From: Candidatus Wolfebacteria bacterium RIFCSPLOWO2_01_FULL_47_17b
GTDB taxonomy: Bacteria > Patescibacteriota > Minisyncoccia > UBA6257 > JAGOQP01
Length of the DNA stretch: 57,831 nucleotides
Assembly (NCBI GenBank): GCA_001793865.1
Contig: MGIS01000023.1
Coordinates: forward strand, 1 to 57,831
Reading direction: 5' to 3'
Part shown: piece by piece, positions 34,486 through 42,577 of the stretch
Numbering within the stretch: position 1 is the stretch's first letter
Layout of the letters: every line of letters begins with the position of its first letter
Program-made: the position numbers and the translations under genes
The notes under the pieces: model-generated
Seen by the model: the letters and a program-made list of their open reading frames with translations, nothing else
Told to the model about the DNA's origin: nothing
Database searches by the model: none

Positions 34486-37400
34486 TTACGTTCTCAATAC
34501 GTCAACCTGCGCTTCCTCCGCTTCCCTGCGGTCCTTTCTGAAAAATATCCAGAAAAGAAGGAAGAGTACGGCGAGAAGAAGTAGTAAGCTGAACCACCAG
34601 AATCCGAAGAGTGCCCTGAACGCATCCAGGATGGTTGCGGTCAGCGTGCGTCCTGAGGTCACATCCGCGGTTAGATACGCGCTGATGGATTGCGGGCGGT
34701 CGCGGTCATCCTCGAAGTTGAGTATTGCGCTGAAGATGAGCACATCTCCCTTACTGGCAGAATTTGCCACCTTTGCGTTGATCGTGATCTCGGTTTCCGC
34801 GTCCTGCGGAATAGTGCCGAGTTCGTACGTGATGCTGTTCTGCTCGCGATCCGCCACCGGGTAGTTTGAAGAATCATATGCAACTTCCGTAGGCAAGATG
34901 ATCTTTAGGTACGCGTTGGAAAGATCGTAGTTGCAATCATTGCGATAGGTTATCGTGTACACAAACTCCTGACCCGCGGCGAGCTGATTGTTATCAAGCG
35001 TCGGCACCAGAAGCGCGCATGAAGCGCCGGATCCGAATGAGGTCGTTACCACAGTCGGAATTCCTCCTCCAGACGGGATTGTGCCTGCTCCGGTCGTCCG
35101 TACAACATAGATAATGCCCTGCGCCTTGCCGTAGCGGTTTTCACCGACAACACGGAAGAAATAGATCGTATTTGGAACAAGCCCTGTTATCGCGTGCGAT
35201 ATCTGCGCGGCTCGCGTGCCCGAACCGATTGGCTGTTCGAATGTTTTTGATCCAAGCGCCGCTGTGCGGCCGTATTCGAACCATGCCGTTGCCGGTTCGC
35301 CGTTCGGATTTACCGTGCCGTTCAAGAGTGCCGCATTCTGTGAAATGTTGGTCGCGAGCAGTGTTTGCACGATCGGTGCGCGCGCTCCCGAACCGAATGT
35401 GTTGAAGTCGAGTATTTCGCCTTCACCTGACGCGGTTCTGGTCTTTGCGACCGCGCGTACATAGTAGGTCGTACCGGGCCGCAAATCATCCACTTCAATC
35501 GAGAAGTCCACCAGGTCGCCTCCCTCGTACGTTTTTTCCTCCGTTTTCTGTGAAAGGTCGTCTTCCGAAGTGCCGTATTCAAACCATACGGTCGGATCGG
35601 ACACTCTGGAACGAACTGCCCCATAGAAGATAGCGGACGTGGAATTAATCACGGAAACGTTTTCGGTGCGGATGATCAGGCGTGAACCACCTCCGCCGCC
35701 CCCTCCACCGCCGATGCTCTCGTCATCATCGCCCTGTCCGGTAGTAAAGCTCAGAATCGCTCCTTGATCGGTGCCGAGTTCGTTGGATGCCGTAACACGG
35801 AAGTAATAGGTGGTGTTGTCGCTCAAGCCGCTGATCGGCACTGACACGTCTATTGCACTGGTGCCGGATCCCACCGAAGACACGGTTGTGTTCTGGAACG
35901 TATCGAATGTTGCGGATGTGCCGTACTGGAAACGATAGGATGTCGAAATGCCGTTCGGATCAACTGCACCATGCAGGCGAGCAGATGTCTTGGTGATGTC
36001 CGTCGCGTCCTGAGTCGTTGCATCCGGTGCGCTTCCCCCGCCGCCATTCCCATCGTCATTGGTTATAAACGTCAGGATGGCTCCGAATGATTTGCCGCGC
36101 TCGTTTTGCGCCACAATACGGAAGTAATAGCGGGTATCGGGGTTCAAGCCCGTAATAACAGATTCCACATCGCGCGCCACGAGACTCACGTCTTGTGTAG
36201 GCGTAACCGATGTAAGATTCGTTGATTGCGTTCCGTACTCAAACCAATAGCTTGCGCTGAATCCGTTTCCGTCTACATACCCCCTGAGTTGCGCGCTTGT
36301 ATGTGTAATCTCATGTGCCGGGTTTGTCTTGACCATCGGCAATCCACCTGGCTGATCTCCGGTAGTAAAGCTCAGAATCGCTCCTTGATCGGTGCCAAGT
36401 TCGTTGGATGCCGTCACACGGAAGTAATAGGTGCTATTGCCTGTAAGCCCCGAAATGGTGGCCGACACGTTGAACGCACCATCTTGCGATCCTGCCGAAG
36501 ATGCCGCCGTTCTTTGGAATGTTTCCAATGTAGGCGATGTTCCGTACTGGAATTGATAACCAGTCGAAAGTCCGTTTGGATCAACCTGCCCATTCAGGCG
36601 GGACGATGTCTGCGAGATGTTGGTCGCGGCAAGTGTCGTGGCTTTTGGAGCCGCTCCTTTGCCATCGTCTCCACCGTCTTTCTGGGTCGTAAAGGTGAAT
36701 ACGGAGCCGAATGATTTGCCCATTTCGTTCTGCGCGGCTACTCGGAAGTAGTAGGTTGTGTTAGGCGTCAGACCGGTAATAAATGCTGTGACATCTCCTG
36801 CTCCGGTTCCGATTGACTGGCTCGGCGTAAGTGAAGTCAAAGAAGTCTTTGCTGTGCCGTACTCAAACCAGTAGGTTGTACTGAGGCCGTTTGCATCCAC
36901 ATGCCCATTGAGTACCGCCCGAGTCTGCAATATATCTGTTGCCGGAGTTGTTTTGACGATTGGAGAACCTCCTCCCTGAATTGAAACTGTCTTGAAGCTC
37001 AAAATGTCTCCACGTACGGATCCCAGTTCGTTACTTGCAACAATGCGGAAATAATAAGTCGTGTCCGATTTCAATCCCGAAACAACCGAAGACACCGCTA
37101 CAGCTCCGTCTCCCGATCCAGCTGACACCAGCGGAAGCGAGATATGCGTAGCCAGCGTCGGCGAGGTGCCGTACTGGAAAGTATAAGTGGTCGAAATCGC
37201 GTTCGGATCAACTATTCCATTGAGTCGCCCTGCCGAAGTAGTTATATTCGTCGCGTGGCGTGTTTCAACAAACGGCGCGTTTCCATTGCCACCATTTTCA
37301 TCTTTGCCTGTCGTGAACATCAGCACTGAACCGAACGATTTTCCTTTCTCGTTCTGTGCCGCTACGCGGAAATAGTATGTGGTATTCGGTGTGAGTCCGC

Positions 37401-38931
37401 TCATGATTGCGTCTACGTCCCCTGCTCCGGTACCGATTGACTGACTCGGTGTAAGTGAGGTCAAGGAAAGCTTAGATGTGCCGTACTCAAACCAATAGGT
37501 AGTGTTGAAACCGTTTGGGTTGACCGAGCCATTGAGCGTCGCCTGCGCATGCGTAACGCCTGTCGCTTGCTTCGTCTGTACAATCGGCGAACCGCCCTGC
37601 GGTATTTCAAGTGTCTTAAAGCTCAGGATTGAACCCTGGTCGGTTCCGAGTTCGTTTGAAGCTGTGACACGGAAATAATAAGTCGTGTTGGACGTAAGTC
37701 CCGTAACGGGAGCTGAAACGCCCACGAGTAATTCACCTGACCCCGCGGAAGATATCGTTGCGCTCTGGAACGTGGCCAATGTCGGCGAGGTTCCATACTG
37801 GAAACGATAAGTCGTAGAAAGCCCGTTTGGATTAACCGATCCTTGTAAGCGCGCGGAATTGGTCGTTATCTGCGTTGCCGGATTGGTTAACGCGTTAGGT
37901 CCGCTTCCGCTGCCATCACCAACTGACTTTGTCTTGAATGAAAGTACTGAACCAAAAGACTTTCCGTGCTCATTTTGTGCCGCGATGCGGAAATAGTAAG
38001 TAACGTTCGGCTTCAGGCCGCTGATTGCCGCTTGTACGTCTTCTGCTCCGGTGCCGAGCGATTGACTCGAAGTAAGCGATGTAAGCGCGGTCTGCGACAT
38101 ACCATATTCAAACCAGTAGGTTGTTGCGGATCCCTTCGGGTCCACATAGCCATTAAGCTTTGCGCTTGCGTTCGAGATGCTCGTTGCGGCACGTGTTTCA
38201 ACAGCGGGTTTATTGTCCACTGGTTTTTTAGCCGCGACAAATTTAAACACCGAAACAAGCTGTCCAACCTGTAATTCACTCGGAGGTCCCACAACCGTTC
38301 CAAGATTTATTCCTTGTGAACTTGTGATAGTCGATCCGTCTTGGCCATTTGGCAACGGGTCTGGATTGTCTATATCATATCCGGGATACCATTTGGTGTA
38401 TTGAAACTGCAGTTCCCACGAACCGCTCGGCTGCTCTTCTACCGTAAGAGATGCGTCTCCGTACACTGCCGAGGCGTTATCCGCCCAGAGTTTTGCGGTT
38501 ATCTCCACTTTCTGCGAATTATAGTTGTAACGGATATCCGGAAGCGCGATTTTGGTATTGAGCGCGGATTCGTGCGAAGTATTGTGATAATACACATTAA
38601 AGCTGACAAGCTCACCGTCCTTGACCGGCTTTATTTTCTCCCAGCAGTTTTTATTGTCCGCTCCATCGCGTGTTATGTTGCAGGTGCGCAACGTAGGTTT
38701 GTCATTCGGATGATTGTTAAACACTGCGCCGCTGTCTGTTTCCTCTGGCGCTATGACTTTTCCTCCCGATCCACCTGATGTTTTCTTCGGCTGACTGATT
38801 GGAATTGCTTCCGAATCAGTGCCTATGCCGGGAACGCGCGCATCCGACGTGGATGCGAAAAATACGCCGTTTCCAGCTATCATACCGACCATGAGCAGCC
38901 CAATTACAATGTTTTTTGCTATATTTTTCAT
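34486..38931 (-). CDS. 1481-aa surface protein: signal peptide, N-terminal beta domain, ten FN3-like repeats, DUF11-like domain, C-terminal TM anchor
   Basis: Start MKNIAKNIVIGLLMVG at 38931 (track 38988). Repeats carry ..PNG..T.Y.F.YGT.....TYYFR..A.NE.G. C-terminus ILDAFRALFGFWWFSLLLLLAVLFLLFWIFFRKDRRE. Confidence 0.9.
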   Translation of the reverse strand: MKNIAKNIVIGLLMVGMIAGNGVFFASTSDARVPGIGTDSEAIPISQPKKTSGGSGGKVIAPEETDSGAVFNNHPNDKPTLRTCNITRDGADNKNCWEKIKPVKDGELVSFNVYYHNTSHESALNTKIALPDIRYNYNSQKVEITAKLWADNASAVYGDASLTVEEQPSGSWELQFQYTKWYPGYDIDNPDPLPNGQDGSTITSSQGINLGTVVGPPSELQVGQLVSVFKFVAAKKPVDNKPAVETRAATSISNASAKLNGYVDPKGSATTYWFEYGMSQTALTSLTSSQSLGTGAEDVQAAISGLKPNVTYYFRIAAQNEHGKSFGSVLSFKTKSVGDGSGSGPNALTNPATQITTNSARLQGSVNPNGLSTTYRFQYGTSPTLATFQSATISSAGSGELLVGVSAPVTGLTSNTTYYFRVTASNELGTDQGSILSFKTLEIPQGGSPIVQTKQATGVTHAQATLNGSVNPNGFNTTYWFEYGTSKLSLTSLTPSQSIGTGAGDVDAIMSGLTPNTTYYFRVAAQNEKGKSFGSVLMFTTGKDENGGNGNAPFVETRHATNITTSAGRLNGIVDPNAISTTYTFQYGTSPTLATHISLPLVSAGSGDGAVAVSSVVSGLKSDTTYYFRIVASNELGSVRGDILSFKTVSIQGGGSPIVKTTPATDILQTRAVLNGHVDANGLSTTYWFEYGTAKTSLTSLTPSQSIGTGAGDVTAFITGLTPNTTYYFRVAAQNEMGKSFGSVFTFTTQKDGGDDGKGAAPKATTLAATNISQTSSRLNGQVDPNGLSTGYQFQYGTSPTLETFQRTAASSAGSQDGAFNVSATISGLTGNSTYYFRVTASNELGTDQGAILSFTTGDQPGGLPMVKTNPAHEITHTSAQLRGYVDGNGFSASYWFEYGTQSTNLTSVTPTQDVSLVARDVESVITGLNPDTRYYFRIVAQNERGKSFGAILTFITNDDGNGGGGSAPDATTQDATDITKTSARLHGAVDPNGISTSYRFQYGTSATFDTFQNTTVSSVGSGTSAIDVSVPISGLSDNTTYYFRVTASNELGTDQGAILSFTTGQGDDDESIGGGGGGGGGSRLIIRTENVSVINSTSAIFYGAVRSRVSDPTVWFEYGTSEDDLSQKTEEKTYEGGDLVDFSIEVDDLRPGTTYYVRAVAKTRTASGEGEILDFNTFGSGARAPIVQTLLATNISQNAALLNGTVNPNGEPATAWFEYGRTAALGSKTFEQPIGSGTRAAQISHAITGLVPNTIYFFRVVGENRYGKAQGIIYVVRTTGAGTIPSGGGIPTVVTTSFGSGASCALLVPTLDNNQLAAGQEFVYTITYRNDCNYDLSNAYLKIILPTEVAYDSSNYPVADREQNSITYELGTIPQDAETEITINAKVANSASKGDVLIFSAILNFEDDRDRPQSISAYLTADVTSGRTLTATILDAFRALFGFWWFSLLLLLAVLFLLFWIFFRKDRREAEEAQVDVLRT
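35056..38205 (-). repeat. coding tandem array: ten ~103-aa FN3-like units with alternating A/B types (621-bp super-period)
   Basis: About 78 nt at 35737-35814 recur at 36358-36435 with 2-3 mismatches. A type has WFEYG..QNE.GKSFG; B type has FQYGTSPTL..ASNELGTDQG. Confidence 0.9.
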
Positions 38932-38978
38932 AGTATTGTTGTTTATATTGACGTACGCATAAAGCGCACAATTGCTAC

Positions 38979-39007
38979 AAGGTAGCATATTTACTGTTTC
39001 GTGTCAA
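38979..39007 (-). promoter_or_regulatory. promoter TTGACA-17-TACCTT abutting a hairpin
   Basis: Minus strand ttgaca (39002-39007), tacctt (38979-38984). Confidence 0.35.
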
Positions 39008-39073
39008 CCCCGCACCTTTAGGGCAGATGAAGCTTCGCTTCTCTAAAAAACAAACTGCCTTAAAGGTGCGGGG
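39008..39073. repeat. C4GCACC/GGTGCG4 long hairpin (family variant)
   Basis: ccccgcacctttagggcag ..28 nt.. ctgccttaaaggtgcgggg, with flanks gtcaa| and |tcaatcccc as at 40183-40242. Confidence 0.85.
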
Positions 39074-39238
39074 TCAATCCCCTCTGTACAATAAAGGGTT
39101 CCTGTTGTCCATTAAAAGATTTCAAGAATTGGATCAGAGGTTTGGCCTTGGTTTGGGAAGACCGAACCTCGGATACCGTTCTGTAAAACCTTTATAGTGG
39201 GCCCGATGCTGAAAATGATTTCAGCATCGGAACCTTGT

Positions 39239-40084
39239 TTAATTAAGTGCCATTTTGAATGAAAAGACATTTCTGAAAATTTCAGCTAATCTTTTCCCTG
39301 GCTTCGGATCTCCGGGGGGTACCCATCCGGTGTTATCATAGTGAATCTCTTTTGTTTCCTTTTCAGGAATCAAAAGATATATTACAGCGCCAATGACGAC
39401 GGTTGCGAGTGGTACGATCCATCCCCAGTTTCGTTCGAAATAACTTTTTTTATCAAGCTTTTCAAACAACTCAACAAAATAGCTTTCGATTCTTTTCTGT
39501 CCAGACGAAATTTCGTGCAATTCGCTTTCTACATTAGTAAACCAGGTAGAATCAGGTATATACACCAGTTGAGATTGGACCATTTCATTATTTGCAATAT
39601 CCACTTGTATACCATCGCTGTAGTATGCGAATGGAATTGTATTGGACAGATCCAGCGGAACAAGAGATTTCGCGTTCTTTCCGGCAATTTGAAATGTAGG
39701 ATTTCCGCATACCGCTATTAACCAGTCGCGAGCGGAGCCATTTTTAAATGCTACTGCATCCACAATGGCTATAGTTCCTTTCGGCATAAGGCCATTAGAC
39801 CTTTTACCGCTCTTGCCAAGAGTTGAAACGTAAATGTCTTCAGTTATTTTAACTGCCATTTCACCATCCTGAAGGACCCTATCCCACTCAACTGGATCTG
39901 CCCCAATTTGGAGGTATTTTTGCTTCTTAGCCGGTTTCTGGTTTGTTGTTGGTGCTTGATTCTTTACCGAATCAGGACACTCGACACCGTCATCCCTCTC
40001 CGGCATATTCGGAGGTTTGGAGTTTTGCGCAAAGGCAGAAATGACAATCACGAACGAAAAAAGTACCATAATGAGTGTTTTCAT
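39239..40084 (-). CDS. hypothetical secreted protein with C-proximal TM (281 aa)
   Basis: Signal peptide MKTLIMVLFSFVIVISAFA, TM WIVPLATVVIGAVIYLLI, strong SD aaaggagag. Confidence 0.75.
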   Translation of the reverse strand: MKTLIMVLFSFVIVISAFAQNSKPPNMPERDDGVECPDSVKNQAPTTNQKPAKKQKYLQIGADPVEWDRVLQDGEMAVKITEDIYVSTLGKSGKRSNGLMPKGTIAIVDAVAFKNGSARDWLIAVCGNPTFQIAGKNAKSLVPLDLSNTIPFAYYSDGIQVDIANNEMVQSQLVYIPDSTWFTNVESELHEISSGQKRIESYFVELFEKLDKKSYFERNWGWIVPLATVVIGAVIYLLIPEKETKEIHYDNTGWVPPGDPKPGKRLAEIFRNVFSFKMALN

Positions 40085-40153
40085 TTACACTCTCCTTTCT
40101 ATATTATTTATTTTCTTTTATTTAGTTAATTTCGTATGTATAGAACTGCATCT

Positions 40154-40182
40154 AACTTAGCATAAAACGAATATAAAGTCAA
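40154..40182 (-). promoter_or_regulatory. promoter TTGACT-17-TAAGTT abutting a hairpin
   Basis: Minus strand ttgact (40177-40182), taagtt (40154-40159). Confidence 0.5.
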
Positions 40183-40242
40183 CCCCCACACCTAGAAGCA
40201 GTTTTTACAGAAACGCGGAGCGTCTGCTTCTAGGTGTGGGGG
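40183..40242. repeat. C5ACACC/GGTGTG5 hairpin family, long form
   Basis: cccccacacctagaagcag ..22 nt.. ctgcttctaggtgtggggg (perfect 19 bp). Confidence 0.9.
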
Positions 40243-40318
40243 TCAATCCCCTTGCGGATATATTAAAAAATGGCCTATTTTGCCATTTTCCTCTTTCTCA
40301 CGACTCATACCACACTAC

Positions 40319-40945
40319 TCACTCCGCCGGTTGGCGGATCACCAACGGCACAAACCTAAAGCCAAAAAATTCTTTTTTGGTAAATTCCTGTTTGCCCGTT
40401 TTTTCCAGAAGCACAATCCGCTCATCCAACGGAGCCACGATTCGCCCGCCTATTGCTACCTGTTCTTGCCATGCGGCAGGTATTTCCTCCGCGGAGGCTC
40501 CCGCGATTATTTTATCGTAGGGGGCTTTTTCTTCATATCCTTTTGACCCGTCACTGTGTATAAACTCGATTCGTTGCGCAAGATTCGGATACACCGTGGC
40601 GTTTTGTTTCGCGAATTCATGCAGTTCGTGAATTCGTTCAATTGATACGACTTCACTTCCCGAAAGAAACGAGAGAAGTGCCGATTGCCAACCCGAACCG
40701 CTACCTATCTCAAGCACCCTATCCCCTGCACGCACCTGCAATAACTCCAACATAAAAGCAACCACAAGCGGCTGGGAGATGGTTTGTTCGAATCCAATGG
40801 GAAGTGGAATATTCTCATATGCGCGTTCTTTCATATCTGCCGATACAAAATGCTCCCGTGCTACGCTTAAAAACGCATCCTCCACGCGCGGCGTTTTTAT
40901 ATAGCCGAGTTTTATAAGCTCTTCCACCAGCTGTTCGTTTGTCAT
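40319..40945 (-). CDS. pcm: protein-L-isoaspartate O-methyltransferase
   Basis: Start MTNEQLVEEL at 40945 (the track start 41041 overlaps tRNA-Trp). VLEIGSGSGWQSALL SAM motif. Confidence 0.88.
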   Translation of the reverse strand: MTNEQLVEELIKLGYIKTPRVEDAFLSVAREHFVSADMKERAYENIPLPIGFEQTISQPLVVAFMLELLQVRAGDRVLEIGSGSGWQSALLSFLSGSEVVSIERIHELHEFAKQNATVYPNLAQRIEFIHSDGSKGYEEKAPYDKIIAGASAEEIPAAWQEQVAIGGRIVAPLDERIVLLEKTGKQEFTKKEFFGFRFVPLVIRQPAE

Positions 40946-40975
40946 ATAGTTCAATATATCATAGAATAAGGGCGT

Positions 40976-41046
40976 TGGGAGATTAGTTAAGTGGTATAAC
41001 GGGCGTCTCCAAAACGCCGGTCGGGGGTTCGATTCCCTCATCTCCC
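40976..41046 (+). tRNA. tRNA-Trp(CCA)
   Basis: gggagat ta gtta agtggta taac g ggcgt ctCCAaa acgcc ggtc ggggg ttcgatt ccctc atctccc g. Confidence 0.9.
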
Positions 41047-41207
41047 GCAGAGGATAAGGGAGTGTACGGAATCGAATCTTTGGGGGTCGGGGTATTTGTA
41101 AATACCCCGTGTAGGGATCCGCCGGATGGCGGAATTCAAAACCGAGGGTTTTGAACGAAGCTCCGCCAGCTGGTGGAGCGGAGGTGAGATTCCCTCATCT
41201 CCCGCAG
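41047..41207 (+). ncRNA. tRNA-3'-appended structured module, copy C (after tRNA-Trp)
   Basis: Four hairpins. Ends in an exact 21-nt repeat of the tRNA-Trp 3' end (41030-41050 = 41187-41207). Homologous to 25669-25829. Unclassified. Confidence 0.5.
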
Positions 41208-41237
41208 AAAAAATAACCCCATGGGGTTATTTTTTTG
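41207..41237. terminator. bidirectional terminator (tRNA-Trp unit / rpmG)
   Basis: aaaaaataacccc aat ggggttattttttt. The rpmG stop codon lies in the right arm. Confidence 0.75.
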
Positions 41238-41397
41238 CTTCGGTATGCTCGGTGTGTTTGCGGCACCATTTGCAATGCTTTTTAATGGTAAGCTTTCCTT
41301 CGCTTGTCTTCTTGTTCTTACGAGTGTAGTAATTAATCCGCTTACATACGTTGCACCGCATTTTTATGAGATTTTCGCTGAATTTGGATTTAGGCAT
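41227..41397 (-). CDS. rpmG: 50S ribosomal protein L33
   Basis: Not in track (56 aa). MPKSKFSENLIKMRCNVCKRINYYTRKNKKTSEGKLTIKKHCKWCRKHTEHTEAKK, with two CxxC pairs. Confidence 0.9.
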   Translation of the reverse strand: MPKSKFSENLIKMRCNVCKRINYYTRKNKKTSEGKLTIKKHCKWCRKHTEHTEAKK

Positions 41398-41451
41398 AGT
41401 TCAAATATGCAATACACAATATACAATAAACGGTCTGTTTGCAAGTTTATG

Positions 41452-41523
41452 AGCCGGAGGCGAGAATTGAACTCGCAGCCTTTTTCTTACCAAGAAAACG
41501 TTCTACCACTGAACTACTCCGGC
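41452..41523 (-). tRNA. tRNA-Thr(GGT)
   Basis: gccggag ta gttc agtggta gaac g ttttc ttGGTaa gaaaa aggct gcgag ttcaatt ctcgc ctccggc t. Confidence 0.88.
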
Positions 41524-41538
41524 ATATTGAATTTTTTG

Positions 41539-41611
41539 AGCCAGCGAAGGGATTCGAACCCCCGACCCGCGCTTTACAAAAGCGCTGCTCTACCAACTGA
41601 GCTACGCTGGC
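41539..41611 (-). tRNA. tRNA-Thr(TGT)
   Basis: gccagcg ta gctc agttggta gagc a gcgct ttTGTaa agcgc ... ttcgaat ... cgctggc t. Confidence 0.88.
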
Positions 41612-41617
41612 ATCATG

Positions 41618-41702
41618 TGGGTAGGGTGAGAGTCGAACTCACGCGAGCACAATGGCTAACGGTTTTACAGACCGGCCTCGGCCCCTACGAGACTACCTAC
41701 CC
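41618..41702 (-). tRNA. tRNA-Tyr(GTA), class II with long variable arm
   Basis: Acceptor gggtagg/cctaccc, anticodon loop ctGTAaa, T-arm gtgag ttcgact ctcac. I could not fold the D-arm cleanly by eye. Confidence 0.75.
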
Positions 41703-42047
41703 ATTTCCCTTATCTTTCTGCTCTTCTTCAGTCGCTTCCTTCAAAATGTGCTCTTTCTCCTCGGATTTCTGCTGTTCCTCAACTTTCGCCTTCATGGTAT
41801 CAAGCCGCCGGGCAATAAGGTTATCTACTTTGAGTATCATCAGCCGTACACGGCGCAAAACTTTCAATGACCCCGCGATAAATTTCTCGTCGGCAAGCAT
41901 GGTCATTTTTTCCTGCAGGAGCGGCTTCTTGCGGCTGAATTCCTCATCGCCGACCATTCCTTCCACGAGCGGCAATTTGGAAATAAGCAGGTACAGAACT
42001 GCCCCTGCGCTTAAGAAAAAAACGACTTCAAGTATATATGTAAGCAT
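41697..42047 (-). CDS. hypothetical small membrane protein (116 aa)
   Basis: N-terminal TM plus charged coiled-coil tail. The last codons overlap the tRNA-Tyr 5' end. Confidence 0.6.
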   Translation of the reverse strand: MLTYILEVVFFLSAGAVLYLLISKLPLVEGMVGDEEFSRKKPLLQEKMTMLADEKFIAGSLKVLRRVRLMILKVDNLIARRLDTMKAKVEEQQKSEEKEHILKEATEEEQKDKGNG

Positions 42048-42056
42048 ACCCGTTTA

Positions 42057-42497
42057 TTATAGTTCAAAACGGGCAAACCGTTCAACCTTCATATTCTCCC
42101 CGGTCGTTGCAATCGCCTGCGTAACCAAGTCCTGAATTTTTTGAGAAGGATCTTTAATAAACTCTTGTTCCAGCAGTTCATCAACGGTCTGCGGATTCAT
42201 TGATGCGATCTGCATCGCGATTTCGTGCGCGAGTTCACGGAATGTTTCGTTCTTTGCCACAAAGTCGGTTTCGCAGCGTAGCTCCAGCAATACACCGATT
42301 CTTCCGCCGTGCACATAGGTTTCCAACACGCCTGAGCCGGTTTTGCGTTCTGCCTTGGAAGATGCTTTCGCGGCTCCTCGTTCCATTAGCAATTGCTTTG
42401 CCTTTTCAATGTCTCCTCCGGCGTCTTTCATGGCTTTGGCGCAGTCCATAACGCCTGCCTGTGTTTCTTCTCTCAGTTTCAGTATAGTGTTGTCCAT
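42057..42497 (-). CDS. tsf: elongation factor Ts (short 146-aa form)
   Basis: UBA-like N-terminus LREETQAGVMDCAKAM, TDFVAKN core motif, downstream of rpsB. Confidence 0.9.
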   Translation of the reverse strand: MDNTILKLREETQAGVMDCAKAMKDAGGDIEKAKQLLMERGAAKASSKAERKTGSGVLETYVHGGRIGVLLELRCETDFVAKNETFRELAHEIAMQIASMNPQTVDELLEQEFIKDPSQKIQDLVTQAIATTGENMKVERFARFEL

Positions 42498-42577
42498 AAA
42501 ATATAATCCTAATATACAAATTTATCCGAATGCTTCCAATGTATTCGCGACATTCGAATTTTATTTGAAGATTTGCA

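Noticed and set aside
35056-38205. CRISPR array or diversity-generating retroelement (TR/VR) as the explanation of the 34.5-38.9 kb repeats
   Set aside because: The repeats are in frame and about 310/621 bp long, and they encode folded FN3-like domains. Mismatches between copies are not adenine-specific. No reverse transcriptase or cas gene is in the window.
41117-41176. TCCGCC-N4-GGCGGA mini-hairpin (12761, 25803, 41117, 41161) as a specific mobile signature of the tRNA-linked inserts
   Set aside because: Similar tccgc..gcgga stems also occur in ordinary terminators (24071-24089 and 46413-46430). The motif seems to be a generic GC clamp in this genome. It is noted in the findings but not treated as independent evidence.
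41221-42135. 304-aa plus-strand ORF in the track
   Set aside because: It runs antisense through rpmG, three tRNA genes and a minus-strand ORF. The sequence is low-complexity and has no motif. It is an artefact of the open frame.
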